From: Octopus bimaculoides
Taxonomy: Eukaryota
Reading direction: 5' to 3'
Length of the DNA stretch: 48,233 nucleotides
NCBI RefSeq assembly: GCF_001194135.2
Contig: NC_068987.1
Span: 38,314,919-38,363,151 of the forward strand
Numbering within the stretch: the first letter of the stretch is position 1; the number at the start of each line of letters is the position of its first letter. The translations under genes were made by a program, and so were the position numbers. This document shows, piece after piece, positions 24,799 to 37,602 of the stretch. The notes beneath the pieces are model-generated. The model saw only the letters and a program-made list of their open reading frames with translations, had not been told where the DNA came from and searched no databases.

Positions 24799-25962
24799 TT
24801 TATATACTTTATGTACCATTTTACAAACTTAATACACAGCTCTCATAGAATAAATATTCACTCTTATTTTTCCATTTTTCCCATAAACTAAATAAATATG
24901 CTATACATATGATACAACCTTTAGTTAAATTGCGTATATCTGCCACATAAATAAGTATGAATATTTCTCGAAATTGCACTGATGCACATGCATTAAGTGA
25001 TAGGTGATATAATAAAAAAACTTAGTTCAATTTAAAAGACAAATATACTTTTCACAATCCAATCACCACCACCACCATCATCTTCCTTCTCTCTCTCTCC
25101 CTTTCTCTCTCTCTCTCTCTCTCTGCCTTTTTTTAACCTCACCATCAGATCATCACTCCTCTGCTAAAACTATTACATTCTCCCTACCTCATGTCATGGA
25201 CACTTCTTTCTCTCTATTTTTCTTTCTCCCTCTTTCTGTCTCACTCTTTACATTATCTTCTTTTTCTCTTTTTTTCCTCCTCTCTTTCCCTTCATCTGAT
25301 CATGTGAAAGCATTACAATTACATTCCCTCTACGCTTCTCTCTCCTTTTTTTCCCTCTTTTTCTCCCCCTCCCCCTCTCTCCCTGTCTTTTCTTTCTCCC
25401 TCTTTTTCTTTAATCATGTGAAAGTGTCACTGACAGGTTAAGTAACACAATGACATGCAGAATTATCATAAGATAATAATAAAAATAATATTAATTTTTA
25501 ATACTGATCTAAAGCCACAAATGTCCAGTGAGAGGGAACAGTTTAAAACCAACCCCAGTATCTATTTATTTTATTCACCTTCGTTCACCAAAAGAATGAA
25601 AGGTAGCCTATGCCAGCAATATCTAAAACTATCACCCTCATTCTTTTTCTGAATACCATTTTTGTCATCCTCTGATCTAATAATGATGATAAAACTGTTG
25701 ACTGACATTGAAATTGATCAAATGAAAGAAAATGTAGAATTAGATTTAAGAAACAACCCAGAGAATACAAGCAGAAAAACTGATAGAAATAACTTGACAT
25801 ACACAATAAGGAACAACCTAAATTATACTAACTAGGGATCAAATCATTGCAGAGGAACATGTTAATGAAATTCCCAACAATTTAGTAGAAATATATAATG
25901 ATATCAGGACACACAAACTAACAGGACTTGTAGAGCAAATTATTACCAAATGAATCAATCAA

Positions 25963-26155
25963 GGTGCCACGTAAAAAGCATTGGTGTGGGTGCCTGTTCC
26001 ATGCAAAAAGCACCCAGTACACTCTGTGGAGTGGGTGGCATTAGGAAGTGCATCCAAGTGTAGAAACCAACCTGCAGATCCTGACCTTTCTAGTTCCTTT
26101 CAAGCCATCCAACCCATGCCAGCATGGAAAATGAACTTTAAATGATGATGATGAT
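25963..26155 (+). mobile_element. RTE 3' tail fragment inserted in the R4/Dong copy
   Basis: ggtgccacgtaaaaagca..aacccatgccagcatggaaa..aaatgatgatgatgat, with ATCAA at both junctions. Confidence 0.85.
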
Positions 26156-27626
26156 CAAAGTCTAAAATATTGCCATGAGGAACACTGTGACCTTCTGACG
26201 ACTCCCAATAGTAACACAAATGACAAAACAATATGTCATATGAATTAGAGTCCCAACACTAATTTGCTGAAGTAATAGAGAAGATAAAATGAAACTGTGC
26301 TGAAGCTGTGCACATATGCTGTTTTGCAAAATGATCCAGATTTTTTAAAGATAAGAACACATTAAAAAATAACCCAAAGGAATTCTATAGACACACAGAA
26401 AAGAGCAAAATCAAAGCAGAAGTCCCTTCAGAGTAAGAAGTACATTTTGGAGTAAAGTGTGGGTAAAATGAGGAACCAAACTGTGATGCCTCATGGATTA
26501 ACAGACAAAACCAAGACTGAGCTTATAGAAGAGCAAATATGGAAAGAAGATGCAGATGTTAAACTTGCTTTGAAAGAGTCAAGTAAATGGAAATCACAAA
26601 CTATTGGCTTAGTGTCTTTTACAAATTCACATAAAAAGCTAACATAATTATGAAGGAACCATAAATGATCCCAGAATGGCTGTTCAATGGTATCACTTCT
26701 TTGCTCTCAAAATGACAAAACAAAAATCCTTTTGAACTACAGACAGATAACATTTCTTACAACAATGTACATCTATCCTAATAGAATACACATACTTTCC
26801 TCCAGAACATTTTTCCTGATAAACTAAAAGAGTGTAAACATGGGTCAAATGGATGCAGGATTCAACTATTAATTGATAAAATTATTCTCGATGATTGTCG
26901 CAACAGGAATAAAAAGTATTTGAATGGCCTTGATAGACTACAAAAATGTCTTTTGATAGTTTTCCTCACAGTTGGATAGTGGAATGCCTGGAGACATTCA
27001 AAATTTCATCAATAATTAGAAATTTTTTACCCCATATCTTGAAGCTCTGGAAAATGACATTGATTCTCAGCACAGTCACTACAACTATAAATTCTTAAGA
27101 CAATATTAATCATGGGATCTTCTAAGGAAATTTGTTATCTCCTTTGTCATTCTGCCTGGCACTATATCCTCTTTGTAAACTGCTGAATGTAACAAATTAT
27201 TGGTATAAGGTGCATGAAAAAACTATCAACCATTTTCTCTCTATGGATGACTTCAAAATTTCTGCAGAAAGTGATCAACAACTGGAAGTTAAACAATTTA
27301 GAGATGACATGAAAATGGAATTTGGGCTTGATAAATACATCAAGGCTATTTTTGTCAAGGGAAACACTATTAAATACATGCAACATCACCCTTGATAGAG
27401 ATATCAAAATAAATGAATTAGAACCTGAAGGCAGCTATAAGTACCTAGATGTTTAGGAAGGAGATGGGATTATACACTCACTAAAGAAAGAAAAAATTAG
27501 AAAGGAACACTGGAGTGGAGAGTAAAAGCTATTCTGAAAACCGAGTTGAATGCTAGAAACAAAATTGAGACCATAAGCACATTAGTCATGCTTGTAATCA
27601 AATACTGCTTCAATATTATAAAATTT

Positions 27627-27849
27627 AAGGTGGAGAGCTAGCAGAGTTGTTAGCATGCCAGGCGAAATGCTTAGCAGTATTTCGTCTGTCTTTACATTCT
27701 AAGTTCAAATTCTGCCGAGGTCAACTTTGCCTTTCATCCTTTCGGAGTTGATAAATTAAATATCAGTTGTCTACTGGGGTTCGATCTAATCAACTGGCCC
27801 CCTCCCTCAAAATTTCAGGCTTTGTGCCTAGAGTAGAAAAGAATATTAT
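27627..27849 (+). mobile_element. SINE family B, near full length, inserted in the R4/Dong ORF
   Basis: aaggtggagagctagcagagttgttagc..gttcaaattctgccgagg..gtagaaaagaatattatt. The host ORF (FNII/NWS) resumes after it, and an aatattat-like sequence occurs on both sides. Confidence 0.9.
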
Positions 27850-28774
27850 TAACTGGTCAGTTTCTGAGATTAACCAAGTTGGTGTCAAAATTTGAAAGCT
27901 GACAACAGTGTATCATATATATTATTCAAAACATACCTTCTGAGAAAAGAAGGTGGTCAGGAGTTAAATACAATATCAACTCTCTCTGAAAATTGCAACC
28001 ATAAAACTTTCTGCCTACCTGCAACAAGCAAACAACTGGATGTTAAAGCTAGTTCTGAAACAGGAAAATACTTAAAGTTGCACTTACTGACAAATTATAC
28101 AATATTACAACTTCAGGGAATGCAGCTAAATGAACCAGTGCCTGAAAAAAGTGTTCCCCCTAACTGAAAAGGCAAAGTGTACAAAAAAACATAGTCAACC
28201 AAACCAGCCTCAGTACACTAAGGAAGAATGGACTAAAAACTACTGCATGGCTAATACGTGAATAAAACCAAGGACAGTGATCTATTGGTGGCTGGTGTAC
28301 TCTGGTCTGAAGCCACAAAGTGAGGGGTACATTATTGCTGTTCAGTATCAGTGCCTTCCAACTAAGAATTACCAGCATAATGTTCTGAAACATGAAAGTA
28401 GCCCATCGTATCATGTATGCAGAAAATATGCAGAGACAATCAACTACATAATCTCCGGATGCAAATGACTGGCTCTAACAGAATACTTGCAATGGCATGA
28501 CAGAGGAGTTCAGTACCTACAAAGGTCAATCTGCCACACATACAACATCCCTCACAAAGACAGTTGTTAAGAACAAACTACCATAAGTTGTCCAGAGTCA
28601 TCCTTTGGGATTTCAGTGTTCAAATTGATCAGAAAATTCAGACCAACCAGATACCATTGTGAAAAATCATTTTAAAACAGACATGTTTTTTATGGATGTT
28701 GCAGCACTGGCTGCATTTCTGAAAATGTTTGATAAATTGAGGAGGCATCTGTCCTCCTTCAGTGTCCCGGAAGG

Positions 28775-28915
28775 AAATACATGACATCACTGGCCAGCCA
28801 TATCTGGCATTTACAAGACAAAGAGATTCCATATTCGATCGCATGGAAAATACTCAAGAACCCAGGCCCCTACATCAACGGGACAAAATGGTGCAAGTTA
28901 TGCTTTGCCAAACAC
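28775..28915 (+). mobile_element. Penelope-like GIY-YIG C-terminal fragment
   Basis: TSLASHIWHLQDKEIPYSIAWKILKNPGPY..GTKWCKLCF matches the PLE T.LS.HIW.LK..Y.I.W.I..PY..C.LC motif. Confidence 0.75.
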
Positions 28916-29311
28916 ACGAGGACCCTTAAAGACTCGCTCATGCCAGGGATGCATCCTGAACTCCAGGACGGAGATTTTTGGATCATGCTAAATTTTAGAA
29001 AATTCCTGCTGGCTTTTTGGAATCTGCATGGCAGCACCACAGCCAGAAACCAACAGCCAGTGCTAAAGGGAGACAATCGTTTACCTTCGTGATACTTTGG
29101 TGACCACAATATGGTAACATGGCTGAAGATCAATGGGAAAGGGAGATAATCACCTAGTGTTTTACCCTTAAAAATGAGGGTTTTTTTCTCTTCCGCATTT
29201 TAAAGCGGTCTCAGGCCAGAAGTGTTTGGAGTCTGAAGATACACCATAAGGCTAAACTTCTTATGAGTGAGAACCCCAGGATAACCCTATAAACTGGCCT
29301 AGCCCACTATA

Positions 29312-29356
<45 letters not shown>

Positions 29357-29360
<4 letters not shown>

Positions 29361-29654
29361 GCCTCAGGCTCACCAAAGCCTTGTAAGTGGATTCGGTAAA
29401 CAGAAACTGAAAGAAGCCTGTCATATATATATATATATGTGTGTGAGTGTGTGTATATGCATGACTGTGTATGTATATGTGTGTCTGTGTTTGTCCCCCC
29501 ACTATTGCTTGACAACTGATGTTCTTGTGTTTACATCCCCTAACTTAATGGTTCAGCAATGGAGTGTGATAGAATGAGTACCAGGCTTACAAAGAATAGG
29601 TCCTGGGGTCGATTTGTTCAACTAAAGGTGGTGCTCCAGTATGGCCACAATCAA
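29357..29654 (+). mobile_element. SINE family A, 5'-truncated
   Basis: atagcctcaggctcaccaaagccttgtaagtggatt..gaaactgaaagaagcc..gtcgatttg..ggtgctccag. Confidence 0.85.
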
Positions 29655-29662
29655 GGAGGATT

Positions 29663-29816
29663 ATACTCTTTTGCTCTCTTTTACTTGTTTCAGTCATTTG
29701 ACTGTGGCCATGCTGGAGCACTGCCTTTAGTCGAGCAAATCGACCCCTGGACTTATTTTTTGTAAGCCTAGTACTTATTCTATCGGTTCTTTTGCCGAAC
29801 CGCTAAGTTACGGGGA
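29663..29816 (-). mobile_element. SINE family A 3' half, tail-to-tail with the previous copy
   Basis: Reverse complement of the family A 3' end (cttgtttcagtcatttgactgtggccatgctggagc..aaccgctaagttacgggg). Confidence 0.85.
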
Positions 29817-29913
29817 AAATCAAAAAAAAGGAAGAACAGAAGAAAAAAACAGTAACACAAAGACATGGTACATGCAAAGTATTAGCAGATGCTCAATGAA
29901 GAAAAAAAAGGTA

Positions 29914-29948
29914 GTTTTATGTTTCGAGCAAAGCTCTTCATCAGAAAC
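29914..29948 (-). ncRNA. Minimal hammerhead ribozyme motif (PLE pseudo-LTR type)
   Basis: Minus strand: gttt-CTGATGA-a-gagc/ttt/gctc-GAAAC-ATA-aaac; stem I gttt/aaac, stem II gagc/gctc. Confidence 0.65.
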
Positions 29949-30037
29949 AGGAGACGGAGGAAAGTCGAAGAGAAAAGGAAGACGGATGAAAAAAATTGCC
30001 CATGTGGTTACATTTTGAAATGACCATAAAAGAAGGA

Positions 30038-32757
30038 TTTGAAGCTTAAGAACCTTTCACATAGTCAGAGATTTAGGGACATCCTCATTGAGAAATTTGA
30101 TGAGAGGGAATAGGAGCTACAGACTTGTGACTTAGAGGGTAACTGGAAATTCCTGCATGACAGCTAATTGAGCACCACAGACCAAATCTGTGGCTGGTGC
30201 AAAGTCCCATCCAGACCTAGGGTAACGTGGTGGTGGAATAATATTGTAGAAAGGGCCATTAGAGCAAAGAAACAGGCCTGGAAAACCTGGAAGAGTGGGG
30301 GTAGCAGGGAACTGTACCAGATAGTCAGAAGGGATGCTAGGAGACAGGTATATACAGCCAAAGGAGAAGCAGAAAAGAAGTTTGCCAATGTTCAGCAACA
30401 TGAGGACCAAAGAACTGAAGTATTTCGGATTGTAAGACAGTGTGTGAAAGAGAATTGTGATGTCACAAGAGAGAAATGTGTCCGCATGGATGATGATGCA
30501 CTTGCATTTAATGATTCTGCAAATAAAAAGGCTTGGAGATGCCATTATGAAAGACTGCTGAATGTGGAGAATGAATGGGAGGAGGAGAGCCTGCCAAATG
30601 TTGACCCAGTAGAGGGACCAGCTACCCAAATTGACAGTACCCTGGTAGATAAAGCAATTAAGGATATGAAGTCAGGGAAATTCCCTGGCCCATCAGGAAT
30701 CACTAGATGTCTGGTGGTATGGGTTATAGTTTAATCACCTGTATTGTAAATCAGGTAGTTCACAAAGGAGTTATACCCAGTGACTGGTGTAGTAGTTCCA
30801 TAGTCAACTGCTATAAAGGTAAAGGTGATGCTTTAGATAGAAATAACTACTGGGGCATCAAATTGATGGATCAGGTGATGAAGGTCACAGAGAGGGTCAT
30901 AGCCCAACTAATTAGATGAGATGCAGTTTGGTTTTGTGCCAGATAGAAGCACCACTGATGCTATATTTCTAGTAAGGCAACTGCAGGAGAAATACCTAGC
31001 CAAAGATAAACCTCTGTACTTGGCTGTTGTTGACTTGGAGAAAGCCTTTGATAGGGTCCCCCGATCCCTTACCTGGTGGGCAATGTGGAAACTAGGGATA
31101 GACAAGTGGTTAGTAAGAGCTATACAGGGGTGCTGTCAGTAAGATGAGGGTCGGTAACGAGTATAGTGAAGAATTCTGGGTAGAAGTAGGGGTTCACCAA
31201 AGATCAGTTCTCAGCCCCTTCTTATTCATCATAGTCCTCCCGGCAATAACAGGAGAATTCAAGAAGGCTGCTCCTCTATGCTGATGACCTTGCTCTTATA
31301 GTTGAATCACTCCCAGAACTAGAGAAGAAATTTCAGGTGTGGAAGCAAGGTCTAGAATTGAAGGGCCTTAGAGTCAATGTGGCAAAAACCAAAGTCCTAG
31401 TAAGTAGGAAGGCAGACAAATCACAAACCCCTTCAGGTAGATGGCCCTGCTCTATCTGTAGAAAAGGTGTCGGTAGAAACTCCCGAATATATACCCAATG
31501 TAAGCTACGGACAAATAAGAGGTGCAGCAATATCAAAGGAAGGTTAACCAGGATGATAGTGTTTGTGTGCAGCAAATGCGTAGGGGCAATAAACACCAGA
31601 GATGTTCAGAAAACAGATTCTGTCACATGCCAGGGGGAGAAACTAAAAGTAGTTGCTAGCTTATGCTACCTAGGTGACTAAGTCTGTTGTTGGGTAGATG
31701 CACTGAGAGCATTGCCACTAGAATAAGAATAGCCTGGGCAAAGTTCAGAAAGCTCCTACCTCTGCTGGTAACAAAGGGCCTCTCACTCAGAGTGAAAGGT
31801 AGATTGTACGATGCATGTGCGCGAACAGCCATGCTACACAGCAGTGAAACATGGGCCATGACTGTTGAGGACATATGTAGGCTTGAAAGAAATGAAGCTA
31901 GTCTGATCTGTTGGATGTGTAATGTCAGTGTGCACACACAACAGAGTGTAAGTGCCCTGAGAGAAATGTTGGACATAAGAAGCATCAGATGTGATGTACA
32001 AGAGAGACGATTGTGCTGGTATGGTCATGTGCTGCATATGGATGAGGAGAGCTGTGTGAATAAATGTCACATCCTAACAGTGGAAGGAACCTGTAGAAGA
32101 GGGAGGCCCAGTGAGGGAGGCCCCGTGACCTTTGGAGATATACTGTGATTGAGAAGATCCGGCAAGTAAAGTGAGGTCACAGCCATAGCCTGTACCAGTG
32201 TCACATAACCAGCCCATTTAAAAGTACCCCTGAATCATCAGGTGATACGCTGCACTTGAGAAGACCCATTGAGTCAAGTAAAATCAAAATCAAAATCAAA
32301 TCAAGATTGAAATCAAAATGGAAATTGTAGTTGTGGCCTGTGCCAGTGCCGCCTGACTGACACCCATGCTGGTGGCACATAATAAGCACTATTCAAACGT
32401 GGGTCGATGCCAGTTCCACCAGACTGGCTCCCTGTGCCAGTGGCACGTAAAAAGCACCATCCAAACATGGTCAATGCCAGTCACCCCCCCCCCTGACTGG
32501 CTCCTGTGCTGGTGGCACATAAAAAGCACCATCCAAACGTGGTTGATGCCATTGCCATCTGACTGGCTTCTATGCTGGTGGCACATAAAAAGCACCCGCT
32601 ACACTCTTGGAGTGGTTGGCATTAGGAAGGGCATCCAGCTGTAGAAACCTTGCCAGATCAGATTGGAGCCTGGTGCAGACTACTGGCTTGCCAGTCCCCA
32701 GATAAACCATCCAACCCATGCCAGCATGGAAAACGGACGTTAAATGATGATGATGAT
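30038..32757 (+). mobile_element. RTE-clade LINE, 5'-truncated (RT, 3' UTR, (GAT)n tail), pseudogenised
   Basis: Same family as 6203-9810: MQFGFVP..STTDAIFL, DLEKAFDRVP, YADD at 31277-31288, RIRIAWAKFR, WYGHV; tail ggacgttaaatgatgatgat. Confidence 0.95.
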
Positions 32758-35700
32758 ATATATGCACACACACTCACACTTACTCATGCAAACACATATC
32801 AATTTACAGGCTTCAAACCTTACCAACTACATTGCTTAATAAACTTGAAGTTTTATACATAGAACACTTTGTACTTCTTGAACTGGCTGCAGTGAACTTT
32901 TAATGACAGGTGGAAAATATATTCATGTTCAACATTTTCTACAAGATAAGTCACTGACTTGAAGGACTGTAGAAATGAGAATAAGGAAATAAATTAAATA
33001 CTGTTTGGTTTAGTTTAATTAAATGTATTATCATTACTACAAAAATTTGATTTTATGTGGTGTACAAAATGTCACACAATGTTTAATTATGTTCCTTTGA
33101 TTTTCCATCTTTCATTGACCTTAGAGGTCAATGAAATAAATAATGATCTAATAATTGATTGTACTTTCACCCAAGAATTTGAGGCCTTGTCTATGTTAGA
33201 AATGAATATTATTAATTCTAATGTATTGCTGAGTAAGTAGTCTTTGGAGTTGTTCATGTCAGATTTTATTCATTTCTCTTCAGATCCTCCTGCAACTACA
33301 TTTAAACCTCTGGCATGAAAGACAGTTCTTTGTGTTTATTTATATTGCTAGAATGTAAAAAAAGAAGGCATTTCAAGTGAAGTGTGAAGTATCTCCCATT
33401 TGTATCGAATATTTTAGTAATAATCATTTCTAATATTAGCTGCAGCTCAACTATTACTGGCCAGTGTTCTGTTAAATACAGCTGTGTCTCCCTATAAGTC
33501 ATGACTGCAGATATTAAACTAAGGAATTTTATTGTTCCAAGAAATCAATAAGTCTTGCATTGAAACTGATGATTCAGTTTAAATATTAACTTGTTTATGG
33601 AGCATAAATTTTAGCAGAATTCTTAGATTTATGTATGTCTGTACATTTGTCTAATTTGAGGAAAATAATTTTTCAAAATTAATATGAGCCATATAGCTTT
33701 TGAAAATATGAATACTAATAAATATTAGTGTATAATGTGCCGATGTGCATACTAATCAATATGCTTACATCATCATCATCAATTTTATATTGATCTTATT
33801 TCTCTTTTGAGGAGGTGCAAGGCCTAGTTTTTTTTTATGTTTAATGTACAGATAATTAAACTGGCCCAGTTACATAATATATAATTTAATAACCCTCTGT
33901 GTGTATATAGGAAGTAGAGTGCATAATGTAAGATAAAGTCAACATGAACAGAATTTAAACTCAGAATATTGAGAGACAAAATTAAATGATACTGTAATAC
34001 TATGTTATTAGCAATAGTTTATCTGTTTACTTACCACTGTACTTTTCCCTTCTTTTCACCATCTTTCCTAAATTCCTAGTAAATTCATTTTAATATATTT
34101 AGTATATGGCTGTGAGATTATGGAGGTGCTGTGACTGGGAAGGGTACCATGGTTGTCATTGTGCTATTACCTCAATTTTCCTAAAATGATGCTTGTACTG
34201 TTACTTTGCGGTTGTGTGAACTTCATGTGTGTACAGGAAGTTCTATATACTTCCTGCAGCAAGAACTATACGGAACCATGATATACACTCACTCAATAAA
34301 AAATACAAGCAATTCTGACTGATGCAAGCATAGATGTATCATCATCATTGTTATCAGCATCATCATCTTCATCACCACCGCTATTGTTATTTGTACATCC
34401 ACTTTTCCATGTTCACATAGATCATCATGGTCTGAGTCAGTAATTATCTACAGTTACTACCCTCTCAGATGAGTAGAAGGATGTCATACTTGTTTCATTT
34501 TTGGCATGGCTTCTTATTGGATGCTCCTCTTAACTTTACTTAGTGGAACCAGCACTAGAAAGGTTGTCATGTCCTCTTTACTTTATGTCATCTGTTCCTT
34601 CACCAACACCAGAGAAAGAGTGTTATAGAAGAGGCCCAGAACAAGAGGAGTGAGAGGGCAATGGAATGGGTAGGTAAGTAAGCAGGCAGGCTATAATGAA
34701 TGGTAGTAGAGAAAGTAGTGAGTGGTGTACTGGTTAGCAATAAAGAAATATTGAAGCAGCTGTTTTCCAGAACTGGATGCCATTTTTCCTACTAACTGCT
34801 CAACAATGAATAAGGCGTGGAACCTGTTTATTGTTAGTCAGGAAAAATAGAGCAACAGGCCTTAAGTCATGCTTAATCTATTTTCCATGACTAGAATGAA
34901 GCATGAGAAAATTACCATAAATTTCGTTTTAGATTCATTCTTTGTCTCTATGGATTATAGCTGAAAATTGTTTTGATAAGCTCAGAAATATTAAGTTGGC
35001 ATATCACATTCTAAGATTTCTTTGGTCATTGAATGTGTTTATAAACAGATTGCTAACACCAAGTTCTCATCTGGTTTTGTTAGTTTCCATATCTGAATGT
35101 CATATTTCAAATATATCAGTTAAAGTGACACTTCATTTACAGTTACTCCTTTAGGGAAAACAACCTTCAGACACATATAGAACACACCAGAAATTTTCTA
35201 CAAAACCATCCTAAGTCTGGGCACAACATATACAACAGTCAACGTGGACAAAAATATCATCATCAATAGCTTTATTAATTCCCAAATGTTGAGCTAAGAT
35301 ACATACTAATATACAGTTACCATACTGTGATCAAATGCAACATGTTCCACATCACCATAGATCTTCTATACAGCAGCAAGACCTGCTAGAGATAGCAGTC
35401 AGAACTCTCTCAGATCACACTCTAACATCTTAAAAGAAAAGGCTTTGGATAATGTAGTACTGGGCACAATGTGTTTGGGGATAAGACGAGCTGATTACAG
35501 CTTGATCATGGTTGACTCTGAACAAAACTATGCAAAAACAGACTGGACAGTTGAGAAAAAAGCAATATGTGCAGTGTGTTTGGTACCCCAAATACTGTAG
35601 AATGGTCTGCTACAAGATAGAGACATAGTATAACCGATAGAGCTGTAGATCGTTTTCAATTATTCGACTGCTAAACCATGTCATTGATGTCATCAGTTTT

Positions 35701-36068
35701 GACTAACCTCAGGTTAAATAACAACAGACTTGTATCTTTTCCTCAATTTGCATGTGATTTGTATGTAACTAGGAAACTATATTAACTTTATGTGAAATTA
35801 TACACTTGGAATTTAAATTCAAGTGATGATATTATACTGATTGCAATTCATGTTTGATTTTAATTAGTAAACATTTTAAACATTTTATCTTATCTGAACA
35901 AGTAGCTGTCTGGAATATTACTTTTTTGGTGTTTCAAAAACATTTTAATTTCTGAGTTTGACAGCAGCTTCCTCATTATTTTCATTGTATTATTATGATC
36001 TAATCTTAAAGTAATAGACAATCAATAAAATGGTCATAAGTTCAAGATCTATTACTACATACATGGTG

Positions 36069-36363
36069 AGAAGACCCGGCAAGCCAAGTGAGATCATTGC
36101 CAGTGCCCCTGGACTGGCTCTTGTGCGGGTGGCATATAAAAGACACTATTTTGAGCATGGCCGTTGCCAGTACCGCCTGACTGGCCTTCGTGCGGGTGAC
36201 ACGTAAAAGCACCCACTACACTCTCTGAGTGGTTGGCGTTAGGAAGGGCATCCAGCTGTAGAAACTCTGCCAAATTAGATTGGAGCCTGATGTTGCCATC
36301 CGGTTTCACCAGTCCTCAGTCAAATCGTCCAACCCATGCTAGCATGGAAAGCGGACGTTAAAC

Positions 36364-36391
<28 letters not shown>
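36069..36391 (+). mobile_element. RTE 3' UTR fragment with probable 6-bp TSD
   Basis: Family 3' UTR ending ggacgttaaac(gat)n; ATGGTG at 36063-36068 and 36392-36397. Confidence 0.9.
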
Positions 36392-36394
<3 letters not shown>

Positions 36395-37564
36395 GTGTTG
36401 TGTCCCTCTGAACTGATATAAAATAGAAGTAGGAAGGGCATCCAACTGTAGAAACACAATTTTCATTTACAGATCCATCTTACAGGAATAAATGAATGTA
36501 ACGCTATCTACATATACAACCATTTTTATTTTTTATCAGTTATGCCACCAGAAACTGTGTCTCTAATTTTGTTTTTTCCACCACATTCATGGCAGTAACA
36601 GCTATTGCTTTGCTGTTTCAACCATCTTTCTACACTTCATTAATTCTTTAGTATTTTTAGATATTTTCTAATTATCATATTCAAATTATTTGAAATGTTT
36701 TCATATTTGGTGCCTACACACGTGCACGTATGTATATGCATACATGTGTGTATGTTTCTATTCAATATAATGATGAAGACATGAGTCTGAGGTGTCAGCT
36801 GTCTCAACTAATTTTCTCATCACCTATTTTCTGCTAGCACAAACCAGATCTACACTACATTCATTTGATCATCTCTGTTTTTTTCATACAGTTTCATCTA
36901 ACTAATTCTTCCTGGATGGCCCAACATGTTTAATATCCATATTATCATATTGGTTATTTTTCTCTTAATCTTAGATTGAGCAGTGATTCAATTCCAGTTT
37001 GCTTTATTAGCTAACTTCTCCTTGAATTATTTGGAGTAGGTGAAGCAATATCTCTCAGTTTATTTCCCCCTTTTCTAGACATAGTCACTATTTTCACTAA
37101 CCCCAACTCTGTTCCTAAAAGTATCATTGAAGTTCAATTCATGACTGTAGAAGATATTACCTTTCCCACTATATCTAGTTTGACAATTCTATTATATGTG
37201 ATATACCTCATCTACTACATCTAGTGCACCCTTTTCACTACATCTAGTGTAAGTTTTCCACTATGTCTGTTGCATTTAGGTTTCTGTCAATTTTACTAGA
37301 GATTTTCTATACCATTCCCAGAATTTTATACAATTGAGGTACTAGATCAAAGAAAAGAGCATTATTCTATTTGTATCTGTACACTAAAAATGACATCCTT
37401 ATTTTTAATTTTATGGACTGAAACATTAAATATGTTCACAACATGGTTGTGAATAGTAGCTTGTCTGTTATATCAATAATTTCATGTGACCATCTAAATG
37501 GATATTTACTTTGGCATATCTGTGAATACTTAGTATTGATTTGATGAACAATATACCTATGCAT

Positions 37565-37568
<4 letters not shown>

Positions 37569-37600
<32 letters not shown>
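37569..37600. repeat. (AC)16 microsatellite
   Basis: Read directly. Confidence 0.95.

Positions 37601-37602
<2 letters not shown>

Larger units (their letters stand above)
25750..28730 (+). mobile_element. R4/Dong-type LINE, decayed and interrupted by an RTE tail and a SINE
   Basis: NYRQITFLTTMY, QLLIDK, IDYK..FDSFPHSWI.ECL, LSPLSFCLAL, HFLSMDDFK, KTELNARNKI, then past the SINE NWSVSEI..YLLRKEGG, GLKPQSEG.I.AVQ, HVCRKYAETI.YIISGC, ILWDFSVQ.D..PD. The 5' boundary is approximate. Confidence 0.85.

Noticed and set aside
25088-25430. CT-rich ORF 25196-25441 and similar low-complexity ORFs
   Set aside because: Translations of polypyrimidine or microsatellite tracts.
29233-29274. CTGAAGA plus cataag/cttatg stem downstream of a PLE fragment
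   Set aside because: GAGAAC instead of GAAAC, with no stem III or stem I closure. It may be a relic but cannot be supported.
32336-32600. Regularly spaced repeats superficially like a CRISPR array
   Set aside because: Whole units are homologous with no unique spacers, they lie in a LINE 3' UTR, and the context is eukaryotic with no cas genes.
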